Positions 8,473 to 17,929 of a stretch of DNA of 64,000 nt are shown in pieces; position 1 is the first letter of the stretch; each line of letters opens with the position of its first letter. Position numbers and translations under genes: made by a program. Under the pieces are notes generated by a model. That model was not told the origin of the DNA, made no database searches, and saw nothing but the letters and a program-made list of their open reading frames with translations. This DNA comes from an uncultured Clostridia bacterium (lineage in GTDB: Bacteria > Bacillota > Clostridia > Christensenellales > UBA1242), in assembly GCA_944349905.1 (NCBI GenBank), contig CALVNR010000007.1:2444-66443 (forward strand), in the 5' to 3' direction.

Positions 8473-8964
8473 ATGTCTAATATTGAAATTGCTAAAATTT
8501 TAAAACCGCAAGGAATAAAAGGGGAAGTAAAAGCACTTCCTCTTACAAATGTCCTTGCTGTTTTTAATAATATTAAAAGTTGTCTTATTGGAGCAAAAGA
8601 GTATAATATATTGCACATATCATTAAGGCAAGGTTTTTTATATATAAAATTTGATGAAGTAAAAACTCGCAATGATGCAGAACTTTTAAGAAATCAAATT
8701 ATAATGATTGATAAAAATCTTCTTGAACAATTAAAAGCAGAAGATGAGTTTCTTATTGAAGATTTGATAGGCATGCTTTTGTATAACCAAGAAGGACAAT
8801 ATGTTGGTCAAATTATGGATGTAGAAAACTATGGCGCTTGTGATGTTTTTATTATTGAAAAAGATGGCAGAAAACATGAAGTGCCTTATGTGGACGAAGT
8901 TTTTATTGCTCAAAACGGAACTTTAATTGTAAACCAAAGCAAATTTGATGAGGTATGTATATGA
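8473..8964 (+). CDS. rimM: 16S rRNA processing protein RimM
   Basis: [13 protein letters not shown], a PRC-barrel C-terminus, and synteny. Confidence 0.85.
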   Translation: MSNIEIAKILKPQGIKGEVKALPLTNVLAVFNNIKSCLIGAKEYNILHISLRQGFLYIKFDEVKTRNDAELLRNQIIMIDKNLLEQLKAEDEFLIEDLIGMLLYNQEGQYVGQIMDVENYGACDVFIIEKDGRKHEVPYVDEVFIAQNGTLIVNQSKFDEVCI

Positions 8965-9629
8965 AAATTGATATACTTACATTATTTCCTAATGCGTTTT
9001 CGTATTTAGATGAAAGTATTATAAAAAGAGCAAAAGAAAAAAGAATATTAGAAATAAATATTCATGATATTAGGGAATTTTCTACCGACAAACATAAAAA
9101 ATGTGATGATTATCCTTTTGGTGGTGGTGCAGGCATGCTTATGAGTTTGCAACCTTTGTATGATGCGATAAAGAGCGTAAAAAAAAGAAATTGCAAAATA
9201 ATATTTCCTTCACCAAGTGGCAAAGTTTTTACTCATAGTGATGCAGTAGATTTATCAAAAGAAAAACATTTGATTTTCGTTTGTGGTCATTATGAAGGCA
9301 TTGATGAAAGACTTTTTGAATTTTTTGATATTGAAAAATTTTCAATAGGTGACTTTGTTTTGACGGGTGGAGAACTTCCTGCAATGGTTATGGTTGATGC
9401 TATTTCTAGACAAGTTGAAGGTGTTATAAGTCAAGAAAGTTTGAGTGAAGAAAGTTTCTCAAATTCTTTGCTTGAATATCCTCAATATACAAGACCTGCT
9501 GTTTTTAAAGGCAAGAGTGTGCCAGAAGTTCTTTTGTCAGGTAATCATCAAGAAATAGAAAAATGGCGAAAACAAAAATCTCTTGAAAACACCAAAAAAA
9601 ATAGACCTGATTTGCTAAACAAAAAATAA
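8961..9629 (+). CDS. trmD: tRNA (guanine37-N1)-methyltransferase TrmD
   Basis: [16 protein letters not shown] and GHYEGIDER motifs. An ATGA overlap joins it to the rimM stop, and a GAGG SD lies 6 nt upstream. Confidence 0.9.
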   Translation: MKIDILTLFPNAFSYLDESIIKRAKEKRILEINIHDIREFSTDKHKKCDDYPFGGGAGMLMSLQPLYDAIKSVKKRNCKIIFPSPSGKVFTHSDAVDLSKEKHLIFVCGHYEGIDERLFEFFDIEKFSIGDFVLTGGELPAMVMVDAISRQVEGVISQESLSEESFSNSLLEYPQYTRPAVFKGKSVPEVLLSGNHQEIEKWRKQKSLENTKKNRPDLLNKK

Positions 9630-9656
9630 TAAATCATAAAAAACAAAGGAGTGATT

Positions 9657-10333
9657 ATGAAAATTGGTGTTATTGTTGCTTGTGATGAAGAATTAAATTC
9701 AATACTTAAAATTTTTAAAAGCAATAATTAAATGTGCAAACAAAAAGCATTGACAATTTTTTATATTATATTTTTAAATATAAAAATAAGAAAATTTTTG
9801 TATGCAAAACGGGTATTGGTAAAACATTTGCAAGTTTTAAAACACAAAAATTTATAGATGATTTTTCAGTTGATTTTATAATTAATTGTGGCGCTTGTGG
9901 AGGGCTTGACAATAAATTTAAAATAAACGATATTTTGATTATTGATAAAGTTATAGATTGGGATATTAATCCAGAATTTATTGCAGAAGATTATAGAGTT
10001 ATAAAAACTGATAAGAAATTGTCAAATTTTGCTTTAAAACAAAATAACAAAGTTAAATGTTGTTCTCTTGCAACAGGAGATAATTTTGTTTGCGATAAAA
10101 AAACAAAAGACAAAATTTTGCATGAATTAGACTGCCATTGTTGTGACATGGAAGGAATGGCTATTGCAAAAGTTTGCAAATACAATGATAAAAAGTTGTT
10201 ACTTGTAAAAGCAGTTTCAGATGGTGGAGAAAGTATGGATGAATTTGAGAATAATTTTGCAAATACTTGTTATTGTCTGGCAAATTTTGTTTTTACGATT
10301 ATAAAAAACATTGAAATGCAAGATATAAAATAA
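9657..10333 (+). pseudogene. mtnN: 5'-methylthioadenosine/S-adenosylhomocysteine nucleosidase (MtnN/Pfs) interrupted by a 1-nt frame shift
   Basis: ATG 9657 (SD AAAGGAG) encodes MKIGVIVACDEELNSILKIFKSNN and then TAA (9729-9731). The rest of the protein (LNVQTKSID...KTGIGKTFAS...INCGACGGL...CCDMEGMAIA) continues in the -1 frame from 9728. Confidence 0.75.
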
Positions 10334-10343
10334 GGAGAAATCT

Positions 10344-11156
10344 ATGAAGATTAATTGGTTTCCTGGTCATATGACCAAGGCACTTAAAGAAATAAAAAGA
10401 TTGCTTATAAATATTGATGTTGTAATTTATGTTTTAGATAGCAGAGCACCAATATCTTCTGTTAATCCATCTTTAAATAAACTTGCGCAAGGCAAGAAAA
10501 TCCTATATGTTTTCAATAAACTAGATATGGCTGATGAAAAACGAACAAAAGAAATAGCACCATCTTTTAGAAAACAAGATTGTGATTATGTATGTTTAAA
10601 TAGCACTATGTCAGGTTCATCTAAATTAATAAAACAAAAAATTCTAAATTTGTGCAAAGATAAAACTGCAAAATACAATGCAAAAGGTATCAAAACTACA
10701 TTAAGAGCAATTGTTGTTGGAGTACCAAATTCTGGAAAGAGTACTCTTGTAAACAATTTGTGTCAAAAAGCAAAGGCAATAACTGGAAATAAACCAGGTG
10801 TAACTAAGTCTGCACAATGGCTAAGTATTGGAGATAATATAGAATTGTGTGACACACCAGGAACACTTTATCCAAATCTTGAAAATCAAGAAATAGCAAA
10901 AAAATTATGTTTGATTGGAAGTATTAAAGACCAAATTTTTGATGAAGTTGAACTTGCAAATGATTTGATTGTTATGCTTGAAGAGAAGTATCCAAAAGAG
11001 TTTTTAGAAAGATTTAAAGGAAATAAAACACTTGAAGATATAGCAAAGGCAAGAAGTTATATTTTGGCAAAAAATGAACTTGATATAGAAAGAACTGCTA
11101 TGGCTGTTATTGATGATTTTAGAAAATGCAGAATAGGGAGAATCACCTTAGATTAA
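10344..11156 (+). CDS. rbgA: ribosome biogenesis GTPase A (YlqF/RbgA)
   Basis: INWFPGHMTKA and circularly permuted GTPase motifs (NKLDM ... GVPNSGKST ... DTPG). Confidence 0.9.
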   Translation: MKINWFPGHMTKALKEIKRLLINIDVVIYVLDSRAPISSVNPSLNKLAQGKKILYVFNKLDMADEKRTKEIAPSFRKQDCDYVCLNSTMSGSSKLIKQKILNLCKDKTAKYNAKGIKTTLRAIVVGVPNSGKSTLVNNLCQKAKAITGNKPGVTKSAQWLSIGDNIELCDTPGTLYPNLENQEIAKKLCLIGSIKDQIFDEVELANDLIVMLEEKYPKEFLERFKGNKTLEDIAKARSYILAKNELDIERTAMAVIDDFRKCRIGRITLD

Positions 11157-11500
11157 TGAAAAAGAAAAATAAATTAAATGGTAATATAGGTGAAAATCAA
11201 GCATATGATTTTCTTATAAAAAATCACTTTAAAATTGCAGAAACAAATTATAAAACAAAATTTGGTGAAATTGATATTATTGCAGAAAAGGGAGAGAGAG
11301 TATATTTTGTTGAAGTAAAGAAAAGAACTTCAAAAGAATTTGGTTATCCTTGTGAAGCTGTTGATAAATGGAAGATTCAAAAGATAAAGAAAGTGACACA
11401 AGTTTATATTTTAAAAAATCATATCACTGGCAAAGACTTTCAATTTTCAGTTATTGAAATTTTGGGAGATAAAATAAATTTCATAGAAAACATTTTTTAG
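11156..11500 (+). CDS. YraN family (UPF0102) endonuclease-like protein
   Basis: GENQAYDFLIKNHFKIAETNYKTKFGEIDIIAEKGERVYFVEVKKR. The ATG overlaps the rbgA TAA (TAATG). Confidence 0.75.
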   Translation: MKKKNKLNGNIGENQAYDFLIKNHFKIAETNYKTKFGEIDIIAEKGERVYFVEVKKRTSKEFGYPCEAVDKWKIQKIKKVTQVYILKNHITGKDFQFSVIEILGDKINFIENIF

Positions 11501-11550
11501 TTTTTGATTAAATAAAAGATTATAGGCAATAATTTTTTCAAGGAGAAATT

Positions 11551-12057
11551 ATGAAAAAATTATTGTCTGTTTTTTTTAGTATAATGTTGTTTTCTTTCAT
11601 TTTAAGTGGATGTGAAAGTTCTGTAAAAATACAAGGTGCTTCTATTTGTGAGACCACATCGGCAGGAAGTAAAAATTTTTCTGTTAATATATCATATTTT
11701 CAAGATAGTAGGCTTGAAAACTTGGGCAGTGATGTTCAGCTTAGATTTAATAAAATTGGTGAAATAACTTTTTGGGAGGACAACAAAGAAAAACTAATTT
11801 TTAACATAGATGAGTTTGACACATGGTATTCTTTAACAAATCTTATAGCAATAGCACAAGATAATGAAGGCAATGAAAATTTTGTATTACAAAAAGATGC
11901 AGTAAACAAAAATTATATATTTTCATCCAATCAAAATATTGAAATTTCAATAAGGGTTGTAGCAGGAAATATCGTAAAAAATTCATATGGAACAGGTTAT
12001 ATTTTGACTGATAGTATGCCGATAAGTGATGTTTTTGTATTGAAAGTTTTTAAATAA
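11551..12057 (+). CDS. hypothetical lipoprotein
   Basis: It has a signal peptide with the lipobox FILSGC, and the SD AAGGAG. Confidence 0.6.
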   Translation: MKKLLSVFFSIMLFSFILSGCESSVKIQGASICETTSAGSKNFSVNISYFQDSRLENLGSDVQLRFNKIGEITFWEDNKEKLIFNIDEFDTWYSLTNLIAIAQDNEGNENFVLQKDAVNKNYIFSSNQNIEISIRVVAGNIVKNSYGTGYILTDSMPISDVFVLKVFK

Positions 12058-12166
12058 ATATTAGATTATAAAAACTATTTTCTTAAAAATTAATAAAAAA
12101 CAATATTTTTTAATTTTTTACTTTTATTTTTTAAAAAATTATTGTAATATATTATAAAGGTGAAAT

Positions 12167-12814
12167 ATGGTAGAAATTAAAAATTTGTTTTTAAAATATA
12201 CAAGAGAATATTATGCATTGTATGATATAAATTTATCAATAGCAGATGGAGAAACAGTTGCATTTGTTGGTGGAGATGAAAGTGGAAAGACCTCTCTTTT
12301 GAGAATACTTGCAAAATTAGAAAAACCAACAAAAGGGCAAGTTTATATCAAAGATATACCTATTGAAAAGTTAAAGTTTAAAACTGATTTGCAAGCGGGC
12401 TATCTTCCAGCGACTCCTGTCTTTTTGGAGAAGAAATCTGTTTATGAAAATTTCAAATATATTTTAAAAAATTGGGGATTTTCTGAAAGCGAAATTGAAA
12501 ATAAAATAAATGAAATAATTATTGAATTTGCGATAGAGAAAATCAAAGATACAAAAGTTAAAGATCTTTCTCTTGAAGAAAAATATGTTTTGTCTCTTAT
12601 AAGATTGTCTTTAAGAGAGCTTGATTTACTTTTGGTTGACAATATTTTTGATAAATTGAGTGAACCAACAATGGAAGTTGTTTGTCAACTTATTGAAAGA
12701 TTAAAAACAAAAAAGACAACTTTGATTGTTGCAACAACAAAAAAGGAAATTGCTGAAAAGTTTACTAAAAAATTTGTTTATTTTAAAAATGGTTCTTTGG
12801 TGGAAAGTTTGTAG
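12167..12814 (+). CDS. ABC-type ATPase-like protein with degenerate catalytic motifs; no permease gene adjacent
   Basis: Walker A GGDESGKTS is intact. The signature is LSLEE instead of LSGGQ. Walker B is LLLVDN, with Asn where the catalytic Glu is expected. The switch His position reads IVATTK. Confidence 0.6.
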   Translation: MVEIKNLFLKYTREYYALYDINLSIADGETVAFVGGDESGKTSLLRILAKLEKPTKGQVYIKDIPIEKLKFKTDLQAGYLPATPVFLEKKSVYENFKYILKNWGFSESEIENKINEIIIEFAIEKIKDTKVKDLSLEEKYVLSLIRLSLRELDLLLVDNIFDKLSEPTMEVVCQLIERLKTKKTTLIVATTKKEIAEKFTKKFVYFKNGSLVESL

Positions 12815-12817
12815 AAA

Positions 12818-13174
12818 TTAAATGATTATATCATCGTCAATTGGTGGCGATGATTTTTTGTTTTCAGCAGATTCTGTTTCAACTTTATTTTCTTCTTTTT
12901 CTTTTTTTGATGATTTGTTTGAAAATATAGTTGAAAGCGATGATAGGTCAAAACCATTTTTCCCCATCATAGACAAAAGCATAGACAAAAAATTTCCTTG
13001 CATACTGTTGTTTGATTGCATATTGCTCTCTTGCTGATTTATATTTTGATATGCTTCTCTTGGATAATTTTGGTATGCTGAATTTTCTACATTTTGTCCA
13101 TTTTGGAAATTTTGGTTGTTGCCAAAATTATTTCCGTTAAACATTGATGAAAAAATATCAAAAAAATTATTCAT
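12818..13174 (-). CDS. hypothetical Asn/Gln-rich low-complexity protein
   Basis: The N-terminal half is N/Q/F-rich (NGNNFGNNQNFQNGQNVEN...). The C-terminus is K/E-rich and ends PPIDDDIII. I see no clear SD, and the coding call is tentative. Confidence 0.35.
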   Translation of the reverse strand: MNNFFDIFSSMFNGNNFGNNQNFQNGQNVENSAYQNYPREAYQNINQQESNMQSNNSMQGNFLSMLLSMMGKNGFDLSSLSTIFSNKSSKKEKEENKVETESAENKKSSPPIDDDIII

Positions 13175-13252
13175 GCTAATATATATTCTTTTTTATTTAA
13201 AAATGTTAAATTTTTTCGCATTTGAATCATATATTGATTTAGGGAGCGAAAT

Positions 13253-13525
13253 ATGGCAAGATTATCAGAATTTAGTAATCAATCTAATGATAAAAAAAAG
13301 AACAGTGAAAAAGTTACGCAAGAAAATTTGCAAAAAACTTATAACAAATATAAAAACTATTCACAAAGTGAATTGTTTTCAACTCTTATGGAGCAAGTAG
13401 AAAAACAAAAAAGAGATGGAACTTTTGATTACTCTCAACTTGAAAACATGATAAACAGTTTGCAAGGGAGTTTGCCACAAGAGAATTTTGAAAATATAAA
13501 AAGGATACTTGAAAGATTAAAATGA
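13253..13525 (+). CDS. hypothetical 90-aa protein, translationally coupled to the S8 protease
   Basis: The SD is GGGAG. An ATGA overlap joins it to the next gene. The protein is helical and K/E/Q-rich. Confidence 0.5.
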   Translation: MARLSEFSNQSNDKKKNSEKVTQENLQKTYNKYKNYSQSELFSTLMEQVEKQKRDGTFDYSQLENMINSLQGSLPQENFENIKRILERLK

Positions 13526-14670
13526 ATCAACAAAAGATAGATAAAAGTCTTTTGGTAATGGCACAAGCACTTGGAAAAGACGGAAAAATTGATTGTATCG
13601 TTAAAGCTTATGATTACCAAAGATTAAAAAATATACTTTTACATAAAAATATAAAAATAAAACATGAATATTTATTCATCAAATCATTTGCCATTTCTGT
13701 TGACGGACAAACAATTTCACAACTAAGTAATTTGAGTTTGGTAAACAAAATTTTTTCGGTTTCTACCGCATCGGCATTAATGAATATTGCCAAAAAGATT
13801 TTAAATGTTGATAGTTGTCCTTACTCTGGAAAAGGAGTTAATGTAGCTTTTATAGACACAGGAATATGCAAACATCCTGATTTTTGTATAGGAGAAAATA
13901 GAATAAAATTTTTCAAAGATTTTGTCGGTGGAAAAAATAGTTGTTATGATGATAATGGACATGGAACATTTGTTGCCGGGGTATGTGCTGGAAACGGAAG
14001 TTTGTCTTGTGGTAAATTTTCTGGTATCGCACCAAAAGCAAATATTATTTCTTTAAAAGCTTTGTCCCAAAAAGGTGAAGCAGGTGCAGATAAAATTTTA
14101 GATGCTATGGAATGGATTTATGACAATCACAAAAAATTTGATATAAAGATTGTTTGCATGAGTTTTGGTTCTGAACCACTTGGCTATAATGACCCTATTA
14201 TGAGTGGAGCAGAGGAGTTATGGAAAGATGGCGTGGTAGTTGTTGCAGCAGCAGGCAACAGTGGACCTGAATTTCAAACTATAAAAAGTCCTGGGGTGTC
14301 GAGTAAAATTATCACGGTAGGGGGCTTTGATGATAACAGAATAGATTTAGAAAATTATGATGAAAAATTTTTTGAAATTGCATCTTTTTCTTCCCGTGGT
14401 CCATCGTTTAATCGTTTTAAACCTGACTTGATTGCTCCTAGCGTTGATATAACATCTTGTGGCTTAAACAATGATTATGTCAAACTAAGTGGAACAAGTG
14501 TTGCTACACCTATGATTGCTGGTTTGTGTGCATTGTTGTTTGAAGAAAATAGAAATTTAAATCCAAACCTAATAAAAAATAAAATATTATCATTATGCAA
14601 ACCCGTAAGTTTTAATAAAAATTTGGAAGGATTTGGTTATCCACAATATAAAATAAAGTCAAAGATTTGA
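13522..14670 (+). CDS. subtilisin-like serine protease (S8) with an I9-like propeptide and no signal peptide
   Basis: The catalytic triad contexts are AFIDTGI (Asp), HGTFVAG (His) and SGTSVATPMIAG (Ser). The N-terminal ~100 aa looks like an inhibitor-I9 prodomain. The N-terminus is not hydrophobic. Confidence 0.8.
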   Translation: MNQQKIDKSLLVMAQALGKDGKIDCIVKAYDYQRLKNILLHKNIKIKHEYLFIKSFAISVDGQTISQLSNLSLVNKIFSVSTASALMNIAKKILNVDSCPYSGKGVNVAFIDTGICKHPDFCIGENRIKFFKDFVGGKNSCYDDNGHGTFVAGVCAGNGSLSCGKFSGIAPKANIISLKALSQKGEAGADKILDAMEWIYDNHKKFDIKIVCMSFGSEPLGYNDPIMSGAEELWKDGVVVVAAAGNSGPEFQTIKSPGVSSKIITVGGFDDNRIDLENYDEKFFEIASFSSRGPSFNRFKPDLIAPSVDITSCGLNNDYVKLSGTSVATPMIAGLCALLFEENRNLNPNLIKNKILSLCKPVSFNKNLEGFGYPQYKIKSKI

Positions 14671-14687
14671 CTTTATTTTTATTTTTT
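14655..14687. terminator. hairpin between the convergent S8 protease and murG genes
   Basis: AAAGTCAA (14655-14662) pairs with TTGACTTT (14667-14674) and is followed by ATTTTTATTTTTT. It overlaps the S8 stop codon. Confidence 0.55.
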
Positions 14688-15731
14688 AATTTCTAATTTT
14701 TTAATTTGTTCAATTATTTTTTCGCAGGCATCAAAATTTTGAATTTTTTTCATATTGTTTTTAAAATATTCTGTTTGTTTGGATATATTTTCAAGTTTTG
14801 ATAGTAAAATTTCATCATTATAATCTTCTTCTTCAATCATATCTGCAATATTTAAAGACTTAAATAATTTTGCATTTTCTATTTGGTCTCCTCTAGAACA
14901 TTTTTTTGATAAAGGAATTAAAAGCATCGGCTTTTTTAGTGCAAGAAATTCATTTATTGCACCAGCGCCAGCACGAGATAAAACAATGTCGGCAAAATCC
15001 AAAAAATCGCCCATATTTTTAGCATAATCTATTTGTAAATAATTTTTCCCACTATGTTTTTTGTCTTTTGCTTGTTTTCCGGCAATATGAACAATGTTGA
15101 ATTTTTTGTTAAGACTTTCTATGTTTTGCCAAACTTTTTCATTTATAAATTGGGCACCAAGCGAGCCACCAACAACTAGCAAATTAGGAAGATTTTTATC
15201 AAAATTTTCAAGTTGATAAACATTTTGTTTGTTTCCAGACAAAATATTTTTTCTTATTGGTTGACCAGTATACAAACATTTTTCTTTGTTTTTTGCAGTT
15301 TGTTCAAATGTAGTGCACATTAAATTACATTTTTTTAAAATGATTTTATTTGCAAGTCCAAAAGACAAATCGCTTTCGTGGCTTATTATTGGTATACCGA
15401 GTTTTGCTCCTGCAAGAACAACAGGCATTGCTACAAAGCCACCTTTTGACAATATTAAATTGGGTTTGATTTTTTGTAAAATTTTTTTTGCTTCTTTAAT
15501 AGATTTTATCAATTTAAATGGTATAAGCAAGTTTTTAAATGTTAGCTTTCTTTGTAATTTTACTGTTGGTATTTGATAAAAGGGTATGTCTTTTGATATT
15601 ATATCTTTTTCCATACCATTGCCACCAATATAAACAAATTGATAGTTCTCTTTTTCCAATCTTTCTTTTATTGCAAGTAATGGATAAATGTGCCCAGCAG
15701 TTCCACCACCAGTTAATACTATTGTTTTCAT
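14679..15731 (-). CDS. murG: undecaprenyldiphospho-muramoylpentapeptide beta-N-acetylglucosaminyltransferase MurG
   Basis: MKTIVLTGGGTAGHIYP, and C-terminal SRAGAGAINE. The start at 15731 has the SD AGGAGA. Confidence 0.9.
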   Translation of the reverse strand: MKTIVLTGGGTAGHIYPLLAIKERLEKENYQFVYIGGNGMEKDIISKDIPFYQIPTVKLQRKLTFKNLLIPFKLIKSIKEAKKILQKIKPNLILSKGGFVAMPVVLAGAKLGIPIISHESDLSFGLANKIILKKCNLMCTTFEQTAKNKEKCLYTGQPIRKNILSGNKQNVYQLENFDKNLPNLLVVGGSLGAQFINEKVWQNIESLNKKFNIVHIAGKQAKDKKHSGKNYLQIDYAKNMGDFLDFADIVLSRAGAGAINEFLALKKPMLLIPLSKKCSRGDQIENAKLFKSLNIADMIEEEDYNDEILLSKLENISKQTEYFKNNMKKIQNFDACEKIIEQIKKLEIKK

Positions 15732-15881
15732 ATCTTCTCCTTTATAATAAATTATTTTACGCAAAAGATTGTTAAATATTGAATAATATTTCAAAATGCA
15801 TAAATATACAAAAATATGTATAAAAACTAAAATGTTTTTTAATTATAACGAAAAAAAATATCTTTCTTTTTTTAAAAAAAT

Positions 15882-15910
15882 TTGTTTAATTTTAGCGCTT
15901 GTGTTATAAT
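15882..15910 (+). promoter_or_regulatory. sigma-A type promoter with extended -10 for the topoisomerase operon
   Basis: TTGTTT (15882-15887), a 17-nt spacer, then TGtTATAAT (15902-15910). Confidence 0.5.
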
Positions 15911-15944
15911 AACAATAGAATTTGATTGATTATAAGGAGTTTAA

Positions 15945-17900
15945 ATGGCTGGCAGTAATTATGATTCAAAAGACATTGTAGTTCTTGAAGGGTTGGACGC
16001 AGTAAGATTAAGACCGGGAATGTATATTGGAACAACAGGTTCAAAAGGGTTACATCATCTTCTTTGGGAAATTGTAGACAATGCTATTGATGAAATTTCA
16101 AATGGTTTTGGTGATACAATCAGGATAACATTGAACAAAGATGGCTCAGCAACGGTTGAAGATAATGGTAGAGGTATACCAGTTGATATGCATCCTACAC
16201 TTCACAAATCTGGTGTAGAAGTAGTTTATACAACTTTGCATGCTGGGGGAAAGTTTAATAACTCAAATTATAAATTTTCTGGTGGTTTGCATGGTGTTGG
16301 TGCTTCTGTAACAAATGCTCTTTCAAAGTGGTGTAATGTTACTGTTTATAAAGAAAAAAAAGAATATTTTGTAGCTTTTCACTCTTACAAAGATGAAAAT
16401 GGTAAAATGCATAGTGGTGTTGCCGTAGAACCATTAAAACTTGTTGGTAAAACTGACAAGAAAGGAACTAAGGTGACATTTTTGCCAGACAAGGAAATGT
16501 TTGGAAATATAACCTTCAATTTTGATAATGTTTGCAATCGTGCAAGAGAACTTGCTTTTTTAAACAAAGGTTTAAAAATAATTTTAAAAGATGACATAAA
16601 TGATAAAGAAGTAGTTTTTCATTATGAAGGGGGAATTGCAGATTTTGTTAGTTATTTGGTAGAAGGTAAAAACAAACTTTTTACAAAACCTGTTTATTTT
16701 CATGCAGAGGACAAAAATTTTGATTTGGAAGTTTCTTTTATTTATACAGATTCTTATACAGACAACAATTTCTCTTTTGTAAATAATATTCCTACTATTG
16801 AAGGTGGAACGCACGAAACAGGATTTAAAAGTGCTTTCACAAAAGTAATGAACGATTGGGCAAGAACAAATAACTTCTTAAAAGAAAAAGAAGCAAATCT
16901 TTTAGGGGAAGATTTTAGAGAAGGTATTACTGTTGTTTTAAATGTTAAAATGAACAATGTTCAATTTGAAGGACAAACAAAAACCAAACTTGGAAATCCA
17001 GAAGCAAAAACTATGGTTGAAAGTTTGACTATAAAAGAGTTGTCTTCACTTTTACAAGATAAGAAAAATTCAACAATTGTAGAAATTATTGTCAATAAAG
17101 CAAAAGGTGCAGCCAAAGTAAGAGAAGCAGCAAAGAAAGCAAAAGAATTGACAAGAGCAAAAAATTCGGCCGAAAATTTTAATTTGGTTGGAAAACTTGC
17201 TGCATCAACTTCAAAAGATAGAGAAAAATCAGAACTTTTTATAGTGGAAGGAGATTCTGCTGGTGGAAGTGCAAAACAAGGTAGGGATAGAAAATTTCAA
17301 GCAATTTTACCTTTAAGGGGAAAACCTTTAAATGCTGAGAAAAAAAGAATAGACCAAGTTCTTGCAAATGAAGAAATAAGGACAATAATTTCAGCGTTAA
17401 ATACTGGAATTGGGGAAGACTTTGATTTGTCAAGTTTAAGATATAACAAAGTAATTATTCTTTCGGATGCAGACCAAGATGGTGCTCATATAAGAGCCAT
17501 ATTACTTACTTTCTTTTTTAGGTATATGAGAGAACTTATAAATGATGGTCATGTATATATTGGATTGCCACCATTATATAAAGTTTACAAAAAAGATTAT
17601 GAAGAATACGTTTATTCTGATGCAGAATTACCTGATGCTATTGCAAGAGCAGGAAGAAATTATAGTTTGCAAAGATACAAAGGTCTTGGTGAAATGAACC
17701 CTGAACAATTATGGGAAACAACTATGGACCCAGAAAAAAGAAGTCTTATAAAAGTTAGCATAGATGATGCCACCGAAGCTGAAAAAATGGTTACAACTTT
17801 GATGGGTGATGATATTGAAGGAAGAAAAAAATATATAAATCAATTTGCAAATTTTGATAAAGAAGATGAATTTTTTAAAAATTACAGCAAAGTTAACTAA
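15945..17900 (+). CDS. parE: type IIA topoisomerase subunit B (ParE-like; GyrB not excluded)
   Basis: [33 protein letters not shown], the EGDSAGG Toprim motif and PLRGK. The assignment to topo IV follows from the partner subunit. Confidence 0.7.
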   Translation: MAGSNYDSKDIVVLEGLDAVRLRPGMYIGTTGSKGLHHLLWEIVDNAIDEISNGFGDTIRITLNKDGSATVEDNGRGIPVDMHPTLHKSGVEVVYTTLHAGGKFNNSNYKFSGGLHGVGASVTNALSKWCNVTVYKEKKEYFVAFHSYKDENGKMHSGVAVEPLKLVGKTDKKGTKVTFLPDKEMFGNITFNFDNVCNRARELAFLNKGLKIILKDDINDKEVVFHYEGGIADFVSYLVEGKNKLFTKPVYFHAEDKNFDLEVSFIYTDSYTDNNFSFVNNIPTIEGGTHETGFKSAFTKVMNDWARTNNFLKEKEANLLGEDFREGITVVLNVKMNNVQFEGQTKTKLGNPEAKTMVESLTIKELSSLLQDKKNSTIVEIIVNKAKGAAKVREAAKKAKELTRAKNSAENFNLVGKLAASTSKDREKSELFIVEGDSAGGSAKQGRDRKFQAILPLRGKPLNAEKKRIDQVLANEEIRTIISALNTGIGEDFDLSSLRYNKVIILSDADQDGAHIRAILLTFFFRYMRELINDGHVYIGLPPLYKVYKKDYEEYVYSDAELPDAIARAGRNYSLQRYKGLGEMNPEQLWETTMDPEKRSLIKVSIDDATEAEKMVTTLMGDDIEGRKKYINQFANFDKEDEFFKNYSKVN

Positions 17901-17929
17901 TTTTAAAATTTATTGAAAAGAGGATAAGA

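Noticed and set aside
9732-9857. 41-aa ORF starting at ATG 9732 as the continuation of mtnN
   Set aside because: Its translation (MCKQKALTIFYIIFLNIKIRKF...) has no similarity to Pfs/MtnN. The conserved continuation is in the other frame, from 9728/9734.
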